This document shows, in pieces, positions 1-14,559 of a DNA stretch of 64,000 nucleotides (positions within the stretch are counted from its first letter, which is position 1; each line of letters begins with the position of its first letter). Under the pieces are notes generated by a model. The model had not been told where the DNA came from, ran no database searches, and saw only the letters and a program-made list of their open reading frames with translations. Position numbers and translations under genes: made by a program. The stretch comes from Phoronis australis (Eukaryota; Animalia; Phoronida). Where the stretch lies: positions 38,190 to 102,189 of the forward strand of contig NMRA01000107.1 of the NCBI GenBank assembly GCA_002633005.1, given 5' to 3'.

Positions 1-300
1 ATATGGATTTTTGGTCAAATCTGACTGCTGTGCAGTCTCATAGTGGCGATTTTGTTTTTTCTCTACGTTTGTCTTGATATATATCAAGTTCCTTGTCAGA
101 TTGTCACGAAATTAAGTAAATAAGCCACTGTCATGTAGATGACAGCATAAGCCCTGTTTCAGGCTGAATTAACCTATGTCGCTCATTTTTATGTTTTTTG
201 TATCTATTCTTTGTTGCCCACCTTCCTATGCTCCAAGGATTCATCAGAAGGAATCATGATGGAAGTTGGCAGATGAATTCCTATTGAGGAGAGCATCACA
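1..300 (+). mobile_element. Degraded HINE internal monomers, truncated by the window edge
   Basis: Collinear with 61140-61440 (ctgactgctgtgc..tagtggc..tttgttttt; gatgacagcat..tttcag; aagttggcagatg). Confidence 0.6.
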
Positions 301-2193
301 GACTTGCTTTTTTACTCCCTAGAGGCTATTTTAGATTTACTGGTGTGTTTAAAATAGTACCGCAGATTTGATAAAAATCCCAGTTCTCTACAAATTACCA
401 CGCACACATCTGAGCTCACTCTCTAAGATCAACCTGACCTCTCATTCCATTAAATATTTATGGAACGACCAGCCTGGATTTCGTAATTTTGTACGGTATT
501 TCCTTGCATTTTTCGTTGCTCAAAGTGTCAAAATGCACGATACAGATCTTAGTGGTCTTTATTTAAGTTTTGTCAGCAGTAACGTCTTGTTGTGGCCACG
601 AAGTTATTCTGTGCATGTTGCGGGGGTGTAGTAATGGGCATCAAAGAATACCAAGGCATGGAAATGCTGCTCGTTACTGAAACCATTATCACAGCCATTC
701 AGCACGCCGTATTTCAGCATTGCATCGAAGTTTGACAGTCAGCCTGATCTTTGATTAGTTGTTTAAGTTGGTCTTTAACTAAAAGTACAGAACAGTAATC
801 ATACTAACGGTGTTACCATGAAGTAGTACAGAACCAACACTCCAGGTTCCATGTTCATTAGGCTGGCTAATGTCAGCTACCATGCATTCTGTCAGCTGTC
901 AGGCATTCTGTCAGTGTGTCATGCATTCAGGTTTGTTTAAAATGTCCTTATTTGGATGATTATACTACTTTGTGGTGATCGGTCTAGAAAATTCTGGGGC
1001 GCCCAAAAGCCCACGAGCGTTGGGAGGCGTAAAAATATGTTTTAATTTATTGTTGACAGTGTAAAGTAAAATGTATGGTATGTGTCGTGCAATCTGTCTG
1101 TTGTGAGCATCCTGTAAATTTTGATAGCTGAGTTCTCACGCTAACGGGATTCGGTAGGAAAGCCTTTTTGTAACTTGCAGAGTAAGCAAACAAGAGGCTA
1201 ATCTAAGTCGAGTGAAAATATCTCATGCCGGTATAAGGCATGTGGAACTCATGATTTTGTAGAAAAACATGCCATGATGGTCATGTGACTACATACGTCT
1301 ATGCATTATTTTTGTGCATATTACGTTGCTTTGATCATCCAGGATTTTAGAAATTTTCCACAAGGGTCGAAAAGGATCCTTAAAGGTATTCAGACAGTTT
1401 CTTGGTGAACAGAGCTGGGCAATATTCTTGCCTAAAATTCCGATTATTGATTATAATCAATGATCTGTTTGGTGAACGCTGTCTGATCATCAGTTATAAC
1501 AGTCTGTCTGATCCCATCAATCACTGACTGGGAGAATGTAGAGACCAATTAGTAGCTTTATTGATTGCCACCTTACTTATCACACCTCTCTTAATCCAGG
1601 AACAAATGTGTGTATTGGCATTCTTGTCTGCTTTGATGTACACTTAATGAGGACGCATAATGCACTTCATTAGTCCATGATAGTTAATACACCTTTGATG
1701 TCCAAAACTTTATCATCTTGGCCTATAGGTTACTTTTTGCGGCATGGGAAATTCAGAACACAATGCAACGGAACTGTAGTCGGACATTAGATTTTATCAA
1801 GATTTACAACAAAGAAAACTGGAGAAAACCTTTCAGCGCTTATACTTTTATACAGTTGTCATTAACAAACACAAGATGAAATTTGATCCATTTTAACCCT
1901 GCGCTTAGCTTTTGAAAAATATAAAAACGACAATTTTTTGACAATTCTTATTGAATTTGAGTAAATTTTACTGTAAAGGACCATAATTAGATTCTTACAT
2001 TACAGTATTTGTAGAGTCTGGTATCAATCTGATCATGCCTCAATTAGTAAAATGAACTGAATGTTTAGGGAGCAATCCTTAAACACAATGGTGTTGTGTT
2101 CCATACGACTGTTTGTCCTGCATTATCATGGTGACACAAGCTTGTGCCAAAAGACTACTTCACTGTATCATTTGATTTGTCTTGACTTGAGTA

Positions 2194-2515
2194 TGGTAAA
2201 AATTCTCCAATTTGGGAAATTCTCCAGACTTTGGAATTCAGAAACTCTAGCAAAAAATGAATTTTCTTGAGTCTGGAATTTGGGAGAAAGGCGATTTTGG
2301 CATTCATCCAATTTTTTCAAACATCAGACAATGTGTTTTAAATCTACAGGGTGTGTGGTTTTGCTGTCTTTCGTGTGATTATTGAATTTGGGACAGCCAA
2401 CATGACCTATTTCAAGAAATTGGGACAAGCTCTGACCTTGAGCAAAACTCAGACTATATATATCTGAGAGCAAAATAATCAATTTTCACTGTCCCAAATT
2501 GGAGAATTTGTACCA
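2194..2515. mobile_element. MITE with 24-bp TIR and TA flanks
   Basis: TGGTAAAAATTCTCCAATTTGGGA / TCCCAAATTGGAGAATTTGTACCA with TA on both sides; a related end at 12733-12756. Confidence 0.75.
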
Positions 2516-4330
2516 TAACTAAATCATGTGTTCTTGTGTTCCTAACTCATGACTAGGATAGCTGTACCTGGATGGATTAGGGAGTTTGTATTGAACTCTG
2601 GTGTGAAACAGTGATGGTTTCCTGAGGTACCTAATATAGGGAAAATCTGCCTTTGTTTACTGACCTGTGAGGTTAGTCTCCACATGTCTGCTCACAACTT
2701 ATTGCATTATATAGGAGGGCATTGCTACAGTTCACACTAGGGGCACATACTATTTGTCTCTCTAACAATAGGCTGGGTCATGGCATACTGTCTTGGGATT
2801 ATCTCTATGTGTTTGTACCTTTTCATTAGTGGAGACCACAAATATTTTAGGAATTGTGTCACTGTTGTCCCCCAGTATACAAACAGCAGATATTATAATT
2901 GCCTTGTGCTCTTGGTACACAAATGTTCTTCAGAGAAATAATTTACAGTATCTTGAATTCCTTTATTGTTAATGGTTCTTTCCCATTAGGGCCTACCATT
3001 GATGCTTGGGTGTTTAATGGAGCGTTGGTCAGTGGTGGAATACTTAATTGTCTCTTGCACTGAAGTTAAAATTGCTAGATAACTTGGGTGTAACCTTGGA
3101 ATTTTGTCATATTATGTCAATGTTTTGTTCATGTATTCCCTGCTGTACTACTGTGTTTTCATTCAGTTTTATATTTAAACAAATCAGCATCCTTAAAAAG
3201 CTTCAAGTTTAAATTGGCAGCACTGCCTTACAATAACTTGGCTGATTCTGACAATTTGGTTCGTGTGCACCAGTTTGACTGGTTCAATAATTTGTCACTG
3301 CTAAAAATCACCAGACCTCCCAACAAAAATATGTAGGCTGTCCTTAAAACACCATGTCTTTGTGGTTGATACCTCAGCTCCAACAATGTACGAATTTCAT
3401 ATTCTACAGACTTTTTATTCCTGACCCACTCTTGCGTTTCAAATGATCAGAGTTACGATGCAAATCGTGAAGCTAAATTGCCAGTCAGTTCCCACCATGA
3501 ATTGTCAAAAAATGCCTTTAAACACACGAATGCCTGTTCCATGAATTTTGAGTTTTACAATTCAAACACCCAGATAAACACAGACATCCACCCAGTTTCT
3601 CTGACTCAATTCTCAGACCATTGTCACTGAAGCCATTCCTCTATATCAGTCCATTAATCTCACAACAAAGCTTGACTGATTCTTGGAAGCCATGTGCATA
3701 TACCAATATTCTCTGGTTGTTTTGTGTTTTCATTGAACTGTTTGATTTGCTTGTTTTGTGCTCCTTAAATGAAGAGCCCAGATTGCATTTTACTCAGAGC
3801 ATAGGAAATTCCTTATATGAACCTTTTGTTCAACTCTACTGGTCTGTGCTTAACGCTCATTACAGACCAGGATTTGGCTGCATTGATCACACTGACATTG
3901 TGTGGTTGACACAAAAGAGGCATTCTTCTGATGAATAGCCTACTTGCTTATTTATTAACTTTTGCCTTTATTCCCCATGTCTTGTTTTTTCCTTTCTGGG
4001 CTTCAATGGGAAGTAGGTTCACTACTGTGAAAAGAATGGAATTCCATGAAATTCCATAAGGGAAGGGAGATTAGGTATGTTACAATATATTCTGTAGATA
4101 GTGAGGAAGTTGATTTTGATTTGTGGGAAGTTTTCAAAGTAAATGTTATACCCGTGAATAGCTTCACTCATGCCAAATTTCATTGTCCTAAGTGTCATAC
4201 ATGTACGTGGATGCTATGAAACCTTAAATGCCAGAAATATACAGTAAAAATGACATAATTTAAGGCAATGAAAAAAATAATTTTCTAAAATTTACTATTT
4301 GCTTCTCATAGGAAAATATATGGTATTTTG

Positions 4331-4465
4331 AATTAGTATGCAAATAATTAGTATGCGAATAATTAGTATGCAAATAATTAGTATGCAAATAATTAGTATG
4401 CAAATAATTAGTATGCAAATAATTAGTATGCAAATAATTAGTATGCAAATAATTAGTATGCAAAT
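4331..4465. repeat. 15-bp minisatellite (AATTAGTATGCAAAT) x9
   Basis: Nine tandem units, one with a single A>G change; this explains the three low-complexity ORFs here. Confidence 0.98.
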
Positions 4466-4782
4466 AATAAAGAAATTGAAGCACCATAATACCTTCATCT
4501 ACTGCTTTGAATTTCTTCTAATATCGTACATTCTATTTTTTTTTCAACAAAATGGTCATTTTTTCAAACTTGGCTGATTACTTTATTCCAAGTTACTGAA
4601 ATTTAATACCACAAGTTTCTATGTAATAGACTGAAATTGTATTGAGCTTCATTTTTAAATTCTTTTTATTGATGAAATAAAATTTGGCTAGTCTGCCATA
4701 TTGCTTGCTAAATAGAAGATGAATACTCACTGTTAATATGAAATGTATTACCTTAGCATTTCCACTGTGTCTGTTGTTTCAG

Positions 4783-4867
4783 ATATGACTGCCTTTGTAG
4801 AAGTGTTGGGGCAAATACTTTCTTTATGGGCCAAGCGAAAAATCCCTGTAGAAAATCTGGATATAAG
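4783..4867 (+). CDS. Penultimate exon of an LRR protein gene (LRRC41-like); upstream exons not found in the window
   Basis: ttgtttcag acceptor and AG|gtatgt donor; open frame (D)MTAFVEVLGQILSLWAKRKIPVENLDI; the phase-2 join to 10689 gives the LRR motif VENLDISNN. Confidence 0.7.
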
Positions 4868-6286
4868 GTATGTCTATTTCAGGCATTGACTATCATTCAT
4901 ATTGTTGACTTTGGTTACATTGTTATGGTAAAATCGCACCAATTTCGAACAAAAATACTTTCCAAAATTGTACTTTTTTCATTTTTCAAGGGTTACTAAG
5001 ATTGTTGTTAATGCTTACAAATTTTCAAAATGTTTTCTATCAGTAGTAATGGTGCAAAACTTGGACATGACGAAGCATAATGAAAAAATGAGAAAATAAA
5101 ATTTCCCGTCTGCCATACTGCATCCTAAACTGGTGAGATTTAACAGTGCAAAGATTTCCGTAACAATGTATTTGTGACTTGATGGTTATGGAAGACAGTG
5201 ACTTCTGCTGTTAGCTTAGCTCTGACCGTTCTACCATTCCAGCTCCTTTTTATGTGAGTTGCAAGCACTCCTGACAACTTTTGATGATGAAGTAGAAGTT
5301 TGTTTTTATCTAAATACAAAGCTTCTTGATTCAGTAAATGTATGTGCTGTCTCTGTTGAAATAGAATTTGATTATTCCAAGATCATTTTGTGGAAAGATC
5401 TATGTACTGTTGAGCGTGTAGAGGACACTTTACGTGGTTTACAAAAGTCTTGAGTAAGATCAACGAAAATAGTATAATTGTTTCCGGTCTGCTTTTGAAA
5501 ATTGGTTCTGCCGTGCAGTGATTTTTATTGCCCGTATTCTCAAAAAGAAAAGTCATTCAGTGCGAGCTGAACTGGGCCGGGGTCCGTCTTTTAATTATGA
5601 GGTACAGGTCTCTATGAGCTGGATGCAGACCAGAACAAGCCTAAGATGAGAAATGTTCCAGCCCACAAAGGCATGTTAAGCTCTACTATAGAGTAGCATT
5701 TGCTGGGGATCAAATTGGGATGCAATTAAGCAGAAATGCATTTGAATCATATTTGCAATCCTAAGTTGTGTTGATTTTATTTTAAATGTGTTTAGTCCTT
5801 GAAGTAATTTCAAACATGTGTTTCATTGAGACGAGAATTTTGCGAAAATTCAAAAAACATACAGAATTCGCTTCATGAAATACCGCCATGTATTAAAAGC
5901 AAAGCATGTAATCACTTTAGCATCTTTAGCGAGAGTCTTCCCTCTAAGAAACTCTAACAGGATTGTACCATAATTGAAAGTATTCCTGCCTTGTATAATA
6001 TGGCAAAAGGAACACAGGTTTTGAGCTACATGAAAGCAACACGAAAATTGTTATTTATCTGTGGCGTTTGTTTATCCGTCATTTTGAATTGGCTTTAAAT
6101 GCCTTTGCTAAACCCATACTATCCCTCAAGTAAACAATTACCCCACTCAGTAATCAGCTGTGTAGACTATATTAACTATATGTACTGGGCACGGTCTTGT
6201 TTTCTGTTTTCGAAAACAGGCCACCAGGTGGAGCTGTGACCCAACACTTACAAATTCTTTGGTTATATGGCTTGTCAGATATATAA

Positions 6287-6451
6287 ATGACTGCATTTGA
6301 TTGAGTCAAGTGGTTAAGTCATCTGATTGGTCTGTAAGTTGGAATTCATCATCAAGAACCAATCAGATGATGAATTCCAGCTTACAGACCAATCAGATGT
6401 CTTAGCGAGCTGACCCAACGGAACCGGCAACGTCAATTAAGTGCAGTCATT
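6287..6451. mobile_element. Small palindromic MITE containing a 34-bp hairpin
   Basis: Outer IR AATGACTGCATTTGATTGA / TCAATTAAGTGCAGTCATT; inner arms 6320-6353 and 6366-6399; a related copy near 7945-8060. Confidence 0.7.
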
Positions 6452-9400
6452 GTTTTTAAAACTTCTGGGGCCTTTTTGTGTATTCTGGACCATAAATGCA
6501 TTGTTTACGATTCAGCTCGCCTGTTTTTTAAATCTTATTATTTCAAATGTTCTAGTGTCAAAGAATTAGTTCAAAACACAGTGAAACAAACAGATGGGAT
6601 TATGTCTCATCATTCTCACTGTCTTTGTCACCTGCAACCCAATATACTCAACCCAGGAGTGCTGGGTTACAAAACAGTGTGCCAGAAAATAAACAGCTAG
6701 GAGTATGTGCCTAGGGAAAGGAATATTCTAATTTATTGGCAAGTGCCCTACACCAATGTTAGATATGACTACGACTTCTTATAAAATTCTAAAGTTGGGC
6801 CAATGAAACTTGCCCAGTTAAATGTCTAGAAAACATATCAATTTATTTTAGACAAGGTCATTTTACAATTAAAAACATTTCAGGATTTTTAGGCACTGAT
6901 TTACATTACAGTCAGACCAATTTTTAACTTGTAACTACCTAAGTATGACTTACATTTTCGAAAATAATCATTTTTCGTATTTACTATGGTCGAAAATTAT
7001 TTTCTATGACAAGTCACCACTTTTGTTTATTTTTGTCTTTGCTTATTCCAGTCCTCCCCTTTGTCAGCCAAAGCTATCTACTTCCTGTTTTGAAATCATT
7101 AATTTAGTTTGTGGTTTTACCATGAGTTGATCTATAATGACTTGTTTCCCCGAATCTTGTGGGTGGTTGTATGTCTGTCTGTTCTCCACCAGATTACTGA
7201 TCTCACATTTCATCAACCTTGTCACATTTCGTGTTGTTATCACAGTTTAGTGCTGTAGTCACTTCAAATAACACTGCTCTGTACCTTACATCACTCCCAC
7301 GTCAATAACCTTGCATTGTGAGATGCTTGTAGGCATCCACAATTTTGAAAAGCTTAGTGAGGTATAATAAATCGTTCTCCACTTGTTCAACTTTACTTGC
7401 ACAGAACAAGATTAACTCCTGGAACAGATTGTCATTAGGTTTAGTAGCAGGTTTGACACTACTTGCGCGGGGACAATTTGACTTACCCTTTCTTATCAAA
7501 GTTGGGTGACTTGTTTTAGGGATACTTGCCTGTGCGGAAGCTATAGAAGGACAAAAACCAGCAAACGAGGCTGAAGCAAGTGCCAGTTGTGCACTTGTTC
7601 AGTTACACACAGGGGGTGTCAAATCATTTTTGTGGGGGGGGGGCTTTTGCTCTTGGGCAAGTTTTCTAGGGTAACTCCTAGTGTGGGCACTATTGTTGGT
7701 TAATGACCATACTTTTGGGAAATTGGGTCAATCTTACAATGTATTTTTCTACCTCCGCCAATGAGTATAGTAGAATCTGAAAAATTGTTTAACACTTTTG
7801 ACTCATGTAGGAAATGTTACATTTTACGGTTAGGCTGGCATAGAAAATGTTAAATACAAACGTTTTACGCTTATACTCATGTTGGAAATGTTTCACACTT
7901 GGTCTCATGTAGAAAATGTCTTTTCCGGTTGGGTTCCTCCGTGTGAGTAGGCTAAGAAATCCGATTGGTTCTCGGTCGTGACTTCCGGCTTATAAACCAA
8001 TCACATGCCTTAGCTGGTTGACCAAGTGGAACCAGTAGAGTTAATCAAGTACATCCATCGAAAGCTGATAAACCATGGAGAAGTGCATCGTAAAAGGCTC
8101 GGTGTCAAAAAGACGCTGCATTTTGATCATCATTTTGTGTTTAGTCATCTACCACATCATTGGTAATAAATGTAACTTCAAAAAATTCTGCTAAGATCCA
8201 CAAAAGAATGAAAGTGAAACAAAAGAGCAATGCATAGGATCCATTTGTTCTCTAACACTCATCCAATTACATCATTTCTAACCTGAGGCAGAATTTAGGC
8301 ACAGATATTGATTGGTGGTAAATCCCAGAATCCCCCAGAGAATGCCAACAGACAAACAAGTAATTAGCCAGTAGTGGCAGTCTAGCTGGCTATCTGCCAG
8401 CAGACTTCTCTTTGTCTTGTCTTGTATTGCTTATGGCTTAGACTGAAGCTATTACACTGCCACTGTGGGGCTGGCTGGAAGGTTGTGATTGGGAAACTGA
8501 TAAGTTGTCATTATAAAGCCCAGTATCAGTATGTAGTGTCATTGACAGTTTCATCTCACTGGCCTCTCTACCAATGGCGATGGTCAACAATCATTTGGGA
8601 GTACTGGCAAAAGTTTGTAAACAAATGATAAGTGAAATTTATGTCTTTTATGACATATGGTAATACAATGGTTCACAAAAATTCTGAACTTTAAAAATTT
8701 AATTACATAATCTGTCACATGTCAGTATCCTTTGATGGATTTCTTTTGTACAAACCATTATTTGCTGTTCCTTTGTTCATTTGCTGTTCCTTCCACTTAT
8801 TTTTAGAAACATGGTAAAACCAATTTCATTGCTAACTAGTTTTGTTAAAACGACCAAATTATGCTCTTTCAACATGAAATTAACTCTTTACAAATTAACA
8901 GGATTCAATTTTAATTTTAATTTAATTTCTTGTGGCGTAAACTTACTAACAGTGGGACAATTACTCTATGGATACACAGCATGTGGGCAAATACCGTTGT
9001 ATGAGAGAGGGGGCAGTGGTTTTTTAGGCAGTAACAATCAGATCAGGCCTGTTTCCTTGTATTTTGACTGGGACCAGATTGGACAGTGACATTGACGTTT
9101 TGAAGTACTGAGCAACGACGGAAGTGAACATCTGTGTTATCATAATAATTAATGGCTTGTAATTTGACTAATTATCTGAGTCATTTGATTTGTTTATTAG
9201 TTCTTGGGCTGATCACCAAAAGATAGTTCTTTTATCTGAACTGCAAACGACTAGTCCGATACAACATGCCCACATTTTGAGAACCAGTTTGATGTCCATT
9301 ATTCAGTAGAGGAAACTGGTTCTACAAATGCAGGCACAAAATGTACAATAACTACTGATATCTTTGGATGTTATTCCTTGAACATGCTTCCCACTTTTGA

Positions 9401-10688
9401 ATCTGCTGAGTCGTCCACATTTTATTTTAGTTCTGAGTTCAGAAGCTGTATTAATAAGAAGATAAGAAGTTATTTCAACAATTTAAAAGTTAAAAAGATT
9501 AAATAGCCACTGAAAGTGTAACATCACTGTATTGATGTAGTCTAGATTTCACCATGTTGGTTCTAACTAGACTTCGAATCAAATGTTGTAACTGGAAGTG
9601 TAACTCTGTTTTGGTAAAGATTTGTTTTATGTGCTAATCTGTGGTTCACACCTGCTGTGTGGACATTAGCTTCAACTCGTTTTTTTTGTAATTTTGGTGT
9701 AAGTGAGTAGGCCACTGCCATATTGTTTGTTTTCAGCTTGAAGGTTCTGTAAAGAATTTTCAAATTAGAACACAATGAGACTGATCAGTGAAATTTTATT
9801 TTGTCAAAATTTTGAACAAGAGTAATAAAGAAGACAATTTTACTGAAAATTCTATATACGAATGAATGTCATCAAAAAACACAATGAAATTTGGAACATT
9901 TTTGACCAAACAGTGAGCATTTGAAAAATAAGAAATGACAATTCTTGTTAAAATTTTATTCGACTTTGAGTAAACTTTACTGTAGTTGCTTAGGGGGTGT
10001 AATGTAATCACTTTCCATCCTTATAAACAAATTACTGATGTTGACAGTGTAATTTCATCTCAGTGTATGAATGAGGTGACGAACTATTATTAGTTAGTAT
10101 TTGTATATTGATTTTTTAATTTAGATCACGAATGCATTTTTTCTGTCTTTGTCACTTTGTCTCTTGAGATTATGTGATAAATTATTTGCGTAATAACTTT
10201 CCAAACATACTTTAGTTGAGTAAAACATTATCACAATGCAATGTAGAGTATGGACTTAGGGAGTCATAGAAGTTGTAATCGGAGCCTCTTTGAGGAAATA
10301 GAGATTACTGTAAACATCAACAATAATCGAGGGAAATCACCATGATTCTCTGTCATGCCATCTGATCACTAACTGTATTCACCATGACAACTGCAGTGTG
10401 GTAACTCAGTTGGGCCAATTTGTTTTGAGTATACAACAGTCACTTTTAAGCAATCACAATTATAACACTGTTCGCAAGACAGAAGAGGACACAACCAAAA
10501 TGACAATTCCAGGTCGAAATTTTCTCCTAAAACAAAAAGCAGTTATTATTAATGTAGGATTCAAGGAAAATGAAATAAACTTTGAAGTGTCTGGTTCCCT
10601 TACAAGATGGTCAGGGAACAGGCAGCAGTTTGCTTGTGTGAAATTTCACTCTGATGATTTTTTATGAAATGTCTTCTTTTGATTTCAG

Positions 10689-10935
10689 CAATAATGAAGC
10701 AAGCTATGAAGATTTGATCAATTTGAAAGAGGTTTTGATGTCTTCTTGTTGTGAATGTGACGTGAAGTTAATACAGAGGTTAAACATAGAGAGAACCATA
10801 AGATTGAATGTGCAAATAGCTGACAACTTTCAGCAATTGAAAGCAGATATGAGTCAACTTGTCGAGAAATTGGAGGCAGACAGTTATGAAAAGGGGCGAT
10901 CTTCAATACAGTATGAACATATGGCGCTGATGTAG
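10689..10935 (+). CDS. Terminal exon of an LRR protein gene (LRRC41-like)
   Basis: ttttgatttcag acceptor; SNNEASYEDLINLKEVL...LIQRLNIERT...LEADSYEKGRSSIQYEHMALM*. The C-terminus resembles that of LRRC41 as recalled (..VSDSWDSSQAFADYVSTM*). AATAAA at 11528-11533. Orthology is tentative. Confidence 0.65.
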
Positions 10936-12393
10936 TGTAAAACGATGGCACACGCAAACTGACGTGCGTGCAAGAATCTGCCTTATCTGTGTGGTGGACT
11001 ACTGCAGTATGTCACAACCTTTCCTCTAAATATCAAGGCAGGTTTGTATCTGTAATGCTCACCAAAATTATGGTGTTACTCACGGGCCGTTTACTGAGGT
11101 CCTTTGACATTGCTTGATCTGGCATGATGCTGAAAAGTGACGTAACATGGTGCAAGTCAACGCTGCACTACTGCAAGTTTGCCCGATTATCTGATTCCAT
11201 CTCGCAGTCCAATGACAACACTTTGTTCAGTTTCCTGCATCCAGTATTACGACTGCAGATTTTTAATCTAGTCTAATCGGAAAGGAAGCTGTTTACAAGG
11301 GACTGCTTTATTTCCTGCTAGACCACATTAAAATTTTGCTGTCTATTATTCTGAATACAGGAAACCCAACTGCAAGCTAGTCTTGAGTAACTCAGCTTTT
11401 GATCCTATTCTAGTATTTATGAGATAGTTGTATATGTTAGTACTCATGAAGTCCTTTTATCTATCTTGCCTGCAGGGTAAGTAGCTGTGCTTAAACTGTC
11501 AACCCAGCTAAAGTGCACTGGGAGGTCAATAAAACCTTTTATGGTGGACCAGTGCAATAAACCCAGACATGACATGTTAAGGGTACAATTAAGTATGGTG
11601 TCTATGTCAGGTCAATGTTTTCTGCAGCCTGTCATGCTCATCTCATGCCTCATAACATGTCACATCTCACCAAGTTTGGACAAAAACAACTGCCATGGTG
11701 CCCTTTTTCATTTACAAAACAACATGGCTTCTGGGTTGCTATGGCGAAGAACGTGAAGCGTTTAAGCATTGATTTGGTGGTACTTATCATGTATGAAAAA
11801 AAGAGACAATACTGTTTTATTTGCATGCCTTATTTTGTCCGTAAAATGGTGAGATTTTAGTGTGTTGAATTAGTTTTCATTGTTTTGAAATGAAATTCAG
11901 CTCTTGACAAGTCCAGGCAATTGTTTTAGTCAATGTTCATCATCAATTTTCGTGGTACCCTATTGCGTACGTTACGACATATGACAATATCAGCTTGTGC
12001 AATGGCCCCCTCCAAATCCACCATTGTTCTGTACGAGCGATCAGTCGGAGAAATTTTTCAAACATAGTAATACTCTGGTTCACTTTTTGATTGACTGATA
12101 CTTGGAACATCACTTGTATCTAGGAAACACTTTTTAACTGGTTCCAATCATGAATCGTATCATTTTTACCTTTTATTCTAGATGAACGATTCAACATTTT
12201 CTCAATGTTATGTTTTCACAGCTCCAACACACTGTAAAAAAGTATCTTGAATGAAATGAACTGAAGATACAGTGAAGGGGATTACCACGATGCCAATGAC
12301 TATCCACACAACCTCAAAGTTTGACGGGATCGTCTAAATAGCCCAATTTTTGTGCAGGAAATCTATTGCTCAAGATTAACTTTATATATGTAC

Positions 12394-12756
12394 ATAGTAA
12401 GAATTTCCATTTTTGGGTCAGTGAAAAATTTATTATTTTCTCAAGGTCAGAGCTTGTACCAAACTTTAGAAATAGGCAATATTAGCCATCCCAAGTTCAG
12501 GAAATTCGATCCACGACAAACGATCATTCAGGTTGATGTTAGGTAGGATGTCGATGCATGGAAATGTGACATCAGTGGCTATTTTCCAAAATTTTATTAT
12601 TAAGTGCCAAGTTTATTTTCAGACCCAAACAAAGATGCAGTGTCTGGTGTTTGAGAAATAAGCCAAAATCACTCATGAATCAAGTAAATTCAATTTTGCC
12701 TGGGCTTTGAGTTTCCCAAATTTAAGGGATTCTCCCAAATTGGAGAATTTTTACCA
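12394..12756. mobile_element. Diverged copy of the 2194-2515 MITE family
   Basis: Right end TCCCAAATTGGAGAATTTTTACCA; degenerate left end TAGTAAGAATTTCCATTTTTGGG. Confidence 0.55.
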
Positions 12757-14559
12757 AGGTATGGAAACTGATGAGTATTTTTTTGGGATGAGCGTGGTCT
12801 CAGTGCAGATAAACTGAGTGAAATCTTGATGATGTCTGGTCTAGTCTGTTCACATTGGTAAAACTTGAGTCAACTACAGCATATTGATGATGCAGTTTTG
12901 ACATGTGAAACTTCCAAGGTATGATCTTGTACAAGCAGAATTGTTTTATTTCAAATCTGTTTGTAAACGTAACACTATAGTAGTACTTATATTTGGGAAA
13001 ATAATAATGTTTGAAATCTGCGCACACCAGTCCTGTGTGGCTAAGGCAACTATGTTATCTTCATTAAAACTAACGAAAGTGTTCAAATTTCCCGAAATGG
13101 TTAGCCGACCAAGGAGTGAAAATTATGGAGGTAATGAGTACATGGGATCAGTTTCAGAATTTTGTTTCATTTTCTGAATGTTTGTAAAGAACTTGGTATC
13201 TTAATCAAAATTTGATTTAATTAAATCTTTAATTTTCATTGCTTTGGTGGCTGTTTACCCTGTTTTCTGTCACAATCATCAATGTTTCATTTGCTCCATT
13301 TTCAGTATGAAATTGTTCTCAAATTGTTCCACAGTCAAATTATGGGCGATTTCTGGGCTTATATTGAATTAGTAGTTTGTTACTGTAGATTAAGACAAGT
13401 CTCTACAAGAGGCTATGGTCTCAAGCAGTGATGAATTATCATTTTTTGTAAGCCCCAAAAACATTTTCATCTTAGGAACATTGCGAGGTCTGTTTTATAG
13501 CGTAACTTGATCTAATCAAGGGTCATTGAGGAAACGTGGTTCTACAAGCACTTAGCCCACACACAAGGTTATACAACCCCAGAGTGTGAAGATTTGTTCT
13601 CATTTAAAAAAAATGTATTTACTTAGTATGTGCCAATCCGCATTTTACATAGGTGGGACTTATTTTGTAAAATCACCGACGTCTCTTTGCCGTTAATTGT
13701 CACAGCACAATCAATTTGATTGGTGTCAAGCAGCTGTATTACTCGTGATTGCCCAGCTCACTAAACACATGGAATACCTGTGCTGTCGACCAAAGGCCCA
13801 CTCCAACTTTTTAGTTTTTTAGTTTGAATCCCTGGAAGTTAAGCCAGGCAAATGCAATGTTCGTTTCATTTCTGGATTTTTTTAGAAATTCTGTTTTCAG
13901 GTAATCATTTCTGGAAGTGTGTTACTACTGATGGTTCAGTTACAGCAAATTCTCCAATTGGGGGCTGTCTGCATAATTTGAGACACAAAAATTCAAGCCA
14001 ATATTGAATTTATTTGATTCTGTAGATTGGGACACGAGTGATTTTGACGTTCATAGTATTTTGTAAACTTCGGATACTGTTTTGTGTCGTATGGTCCCCA
14101 TAAGGTACATGAAGACGATTGATTGCTCTTGATCAACATTCTTGAACTTGGGAACACCAATTTAGTGCAAGCTCTGATCCAAATCAAAATATTTTTGTCA
14201 CCTTCCCTGTTGATTTTTAGTGTAGATCAGTTTAGTTCCGTCACTTTCCGTAAAAACTTCAAATCTACCCAGTCATTTTAGTGGACTGTCCCTGTACTAG
14301 ATAGTATTAACTCTGCAGTTAGTTCATGACCAAATGAGGATGTTTGTGACAGACTTCTCAGTAGAGCATAATAAAATTGATTGATCAAGATCACGAAACT
14401 TTTGTGACAAAACACGCTCACTTTACCACAGAACGGCCATATTCTACATACTGTTAACTGATGGAGGATTTTATGGCTTCCTGGATTTGGACATATTAGT
14501 GACAGCGTCATGAAATGCAATTGACACAAAACACCTTTCTGATCGGCAATGCTTCAACT

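Noticed and set aside
4260-4577. Three overlapping repetitive ORFs (YLHTN, ICILI and MQIIS repeats)
   Set aside because: Artefacts of the 15-bp minisatellite read in several frames.
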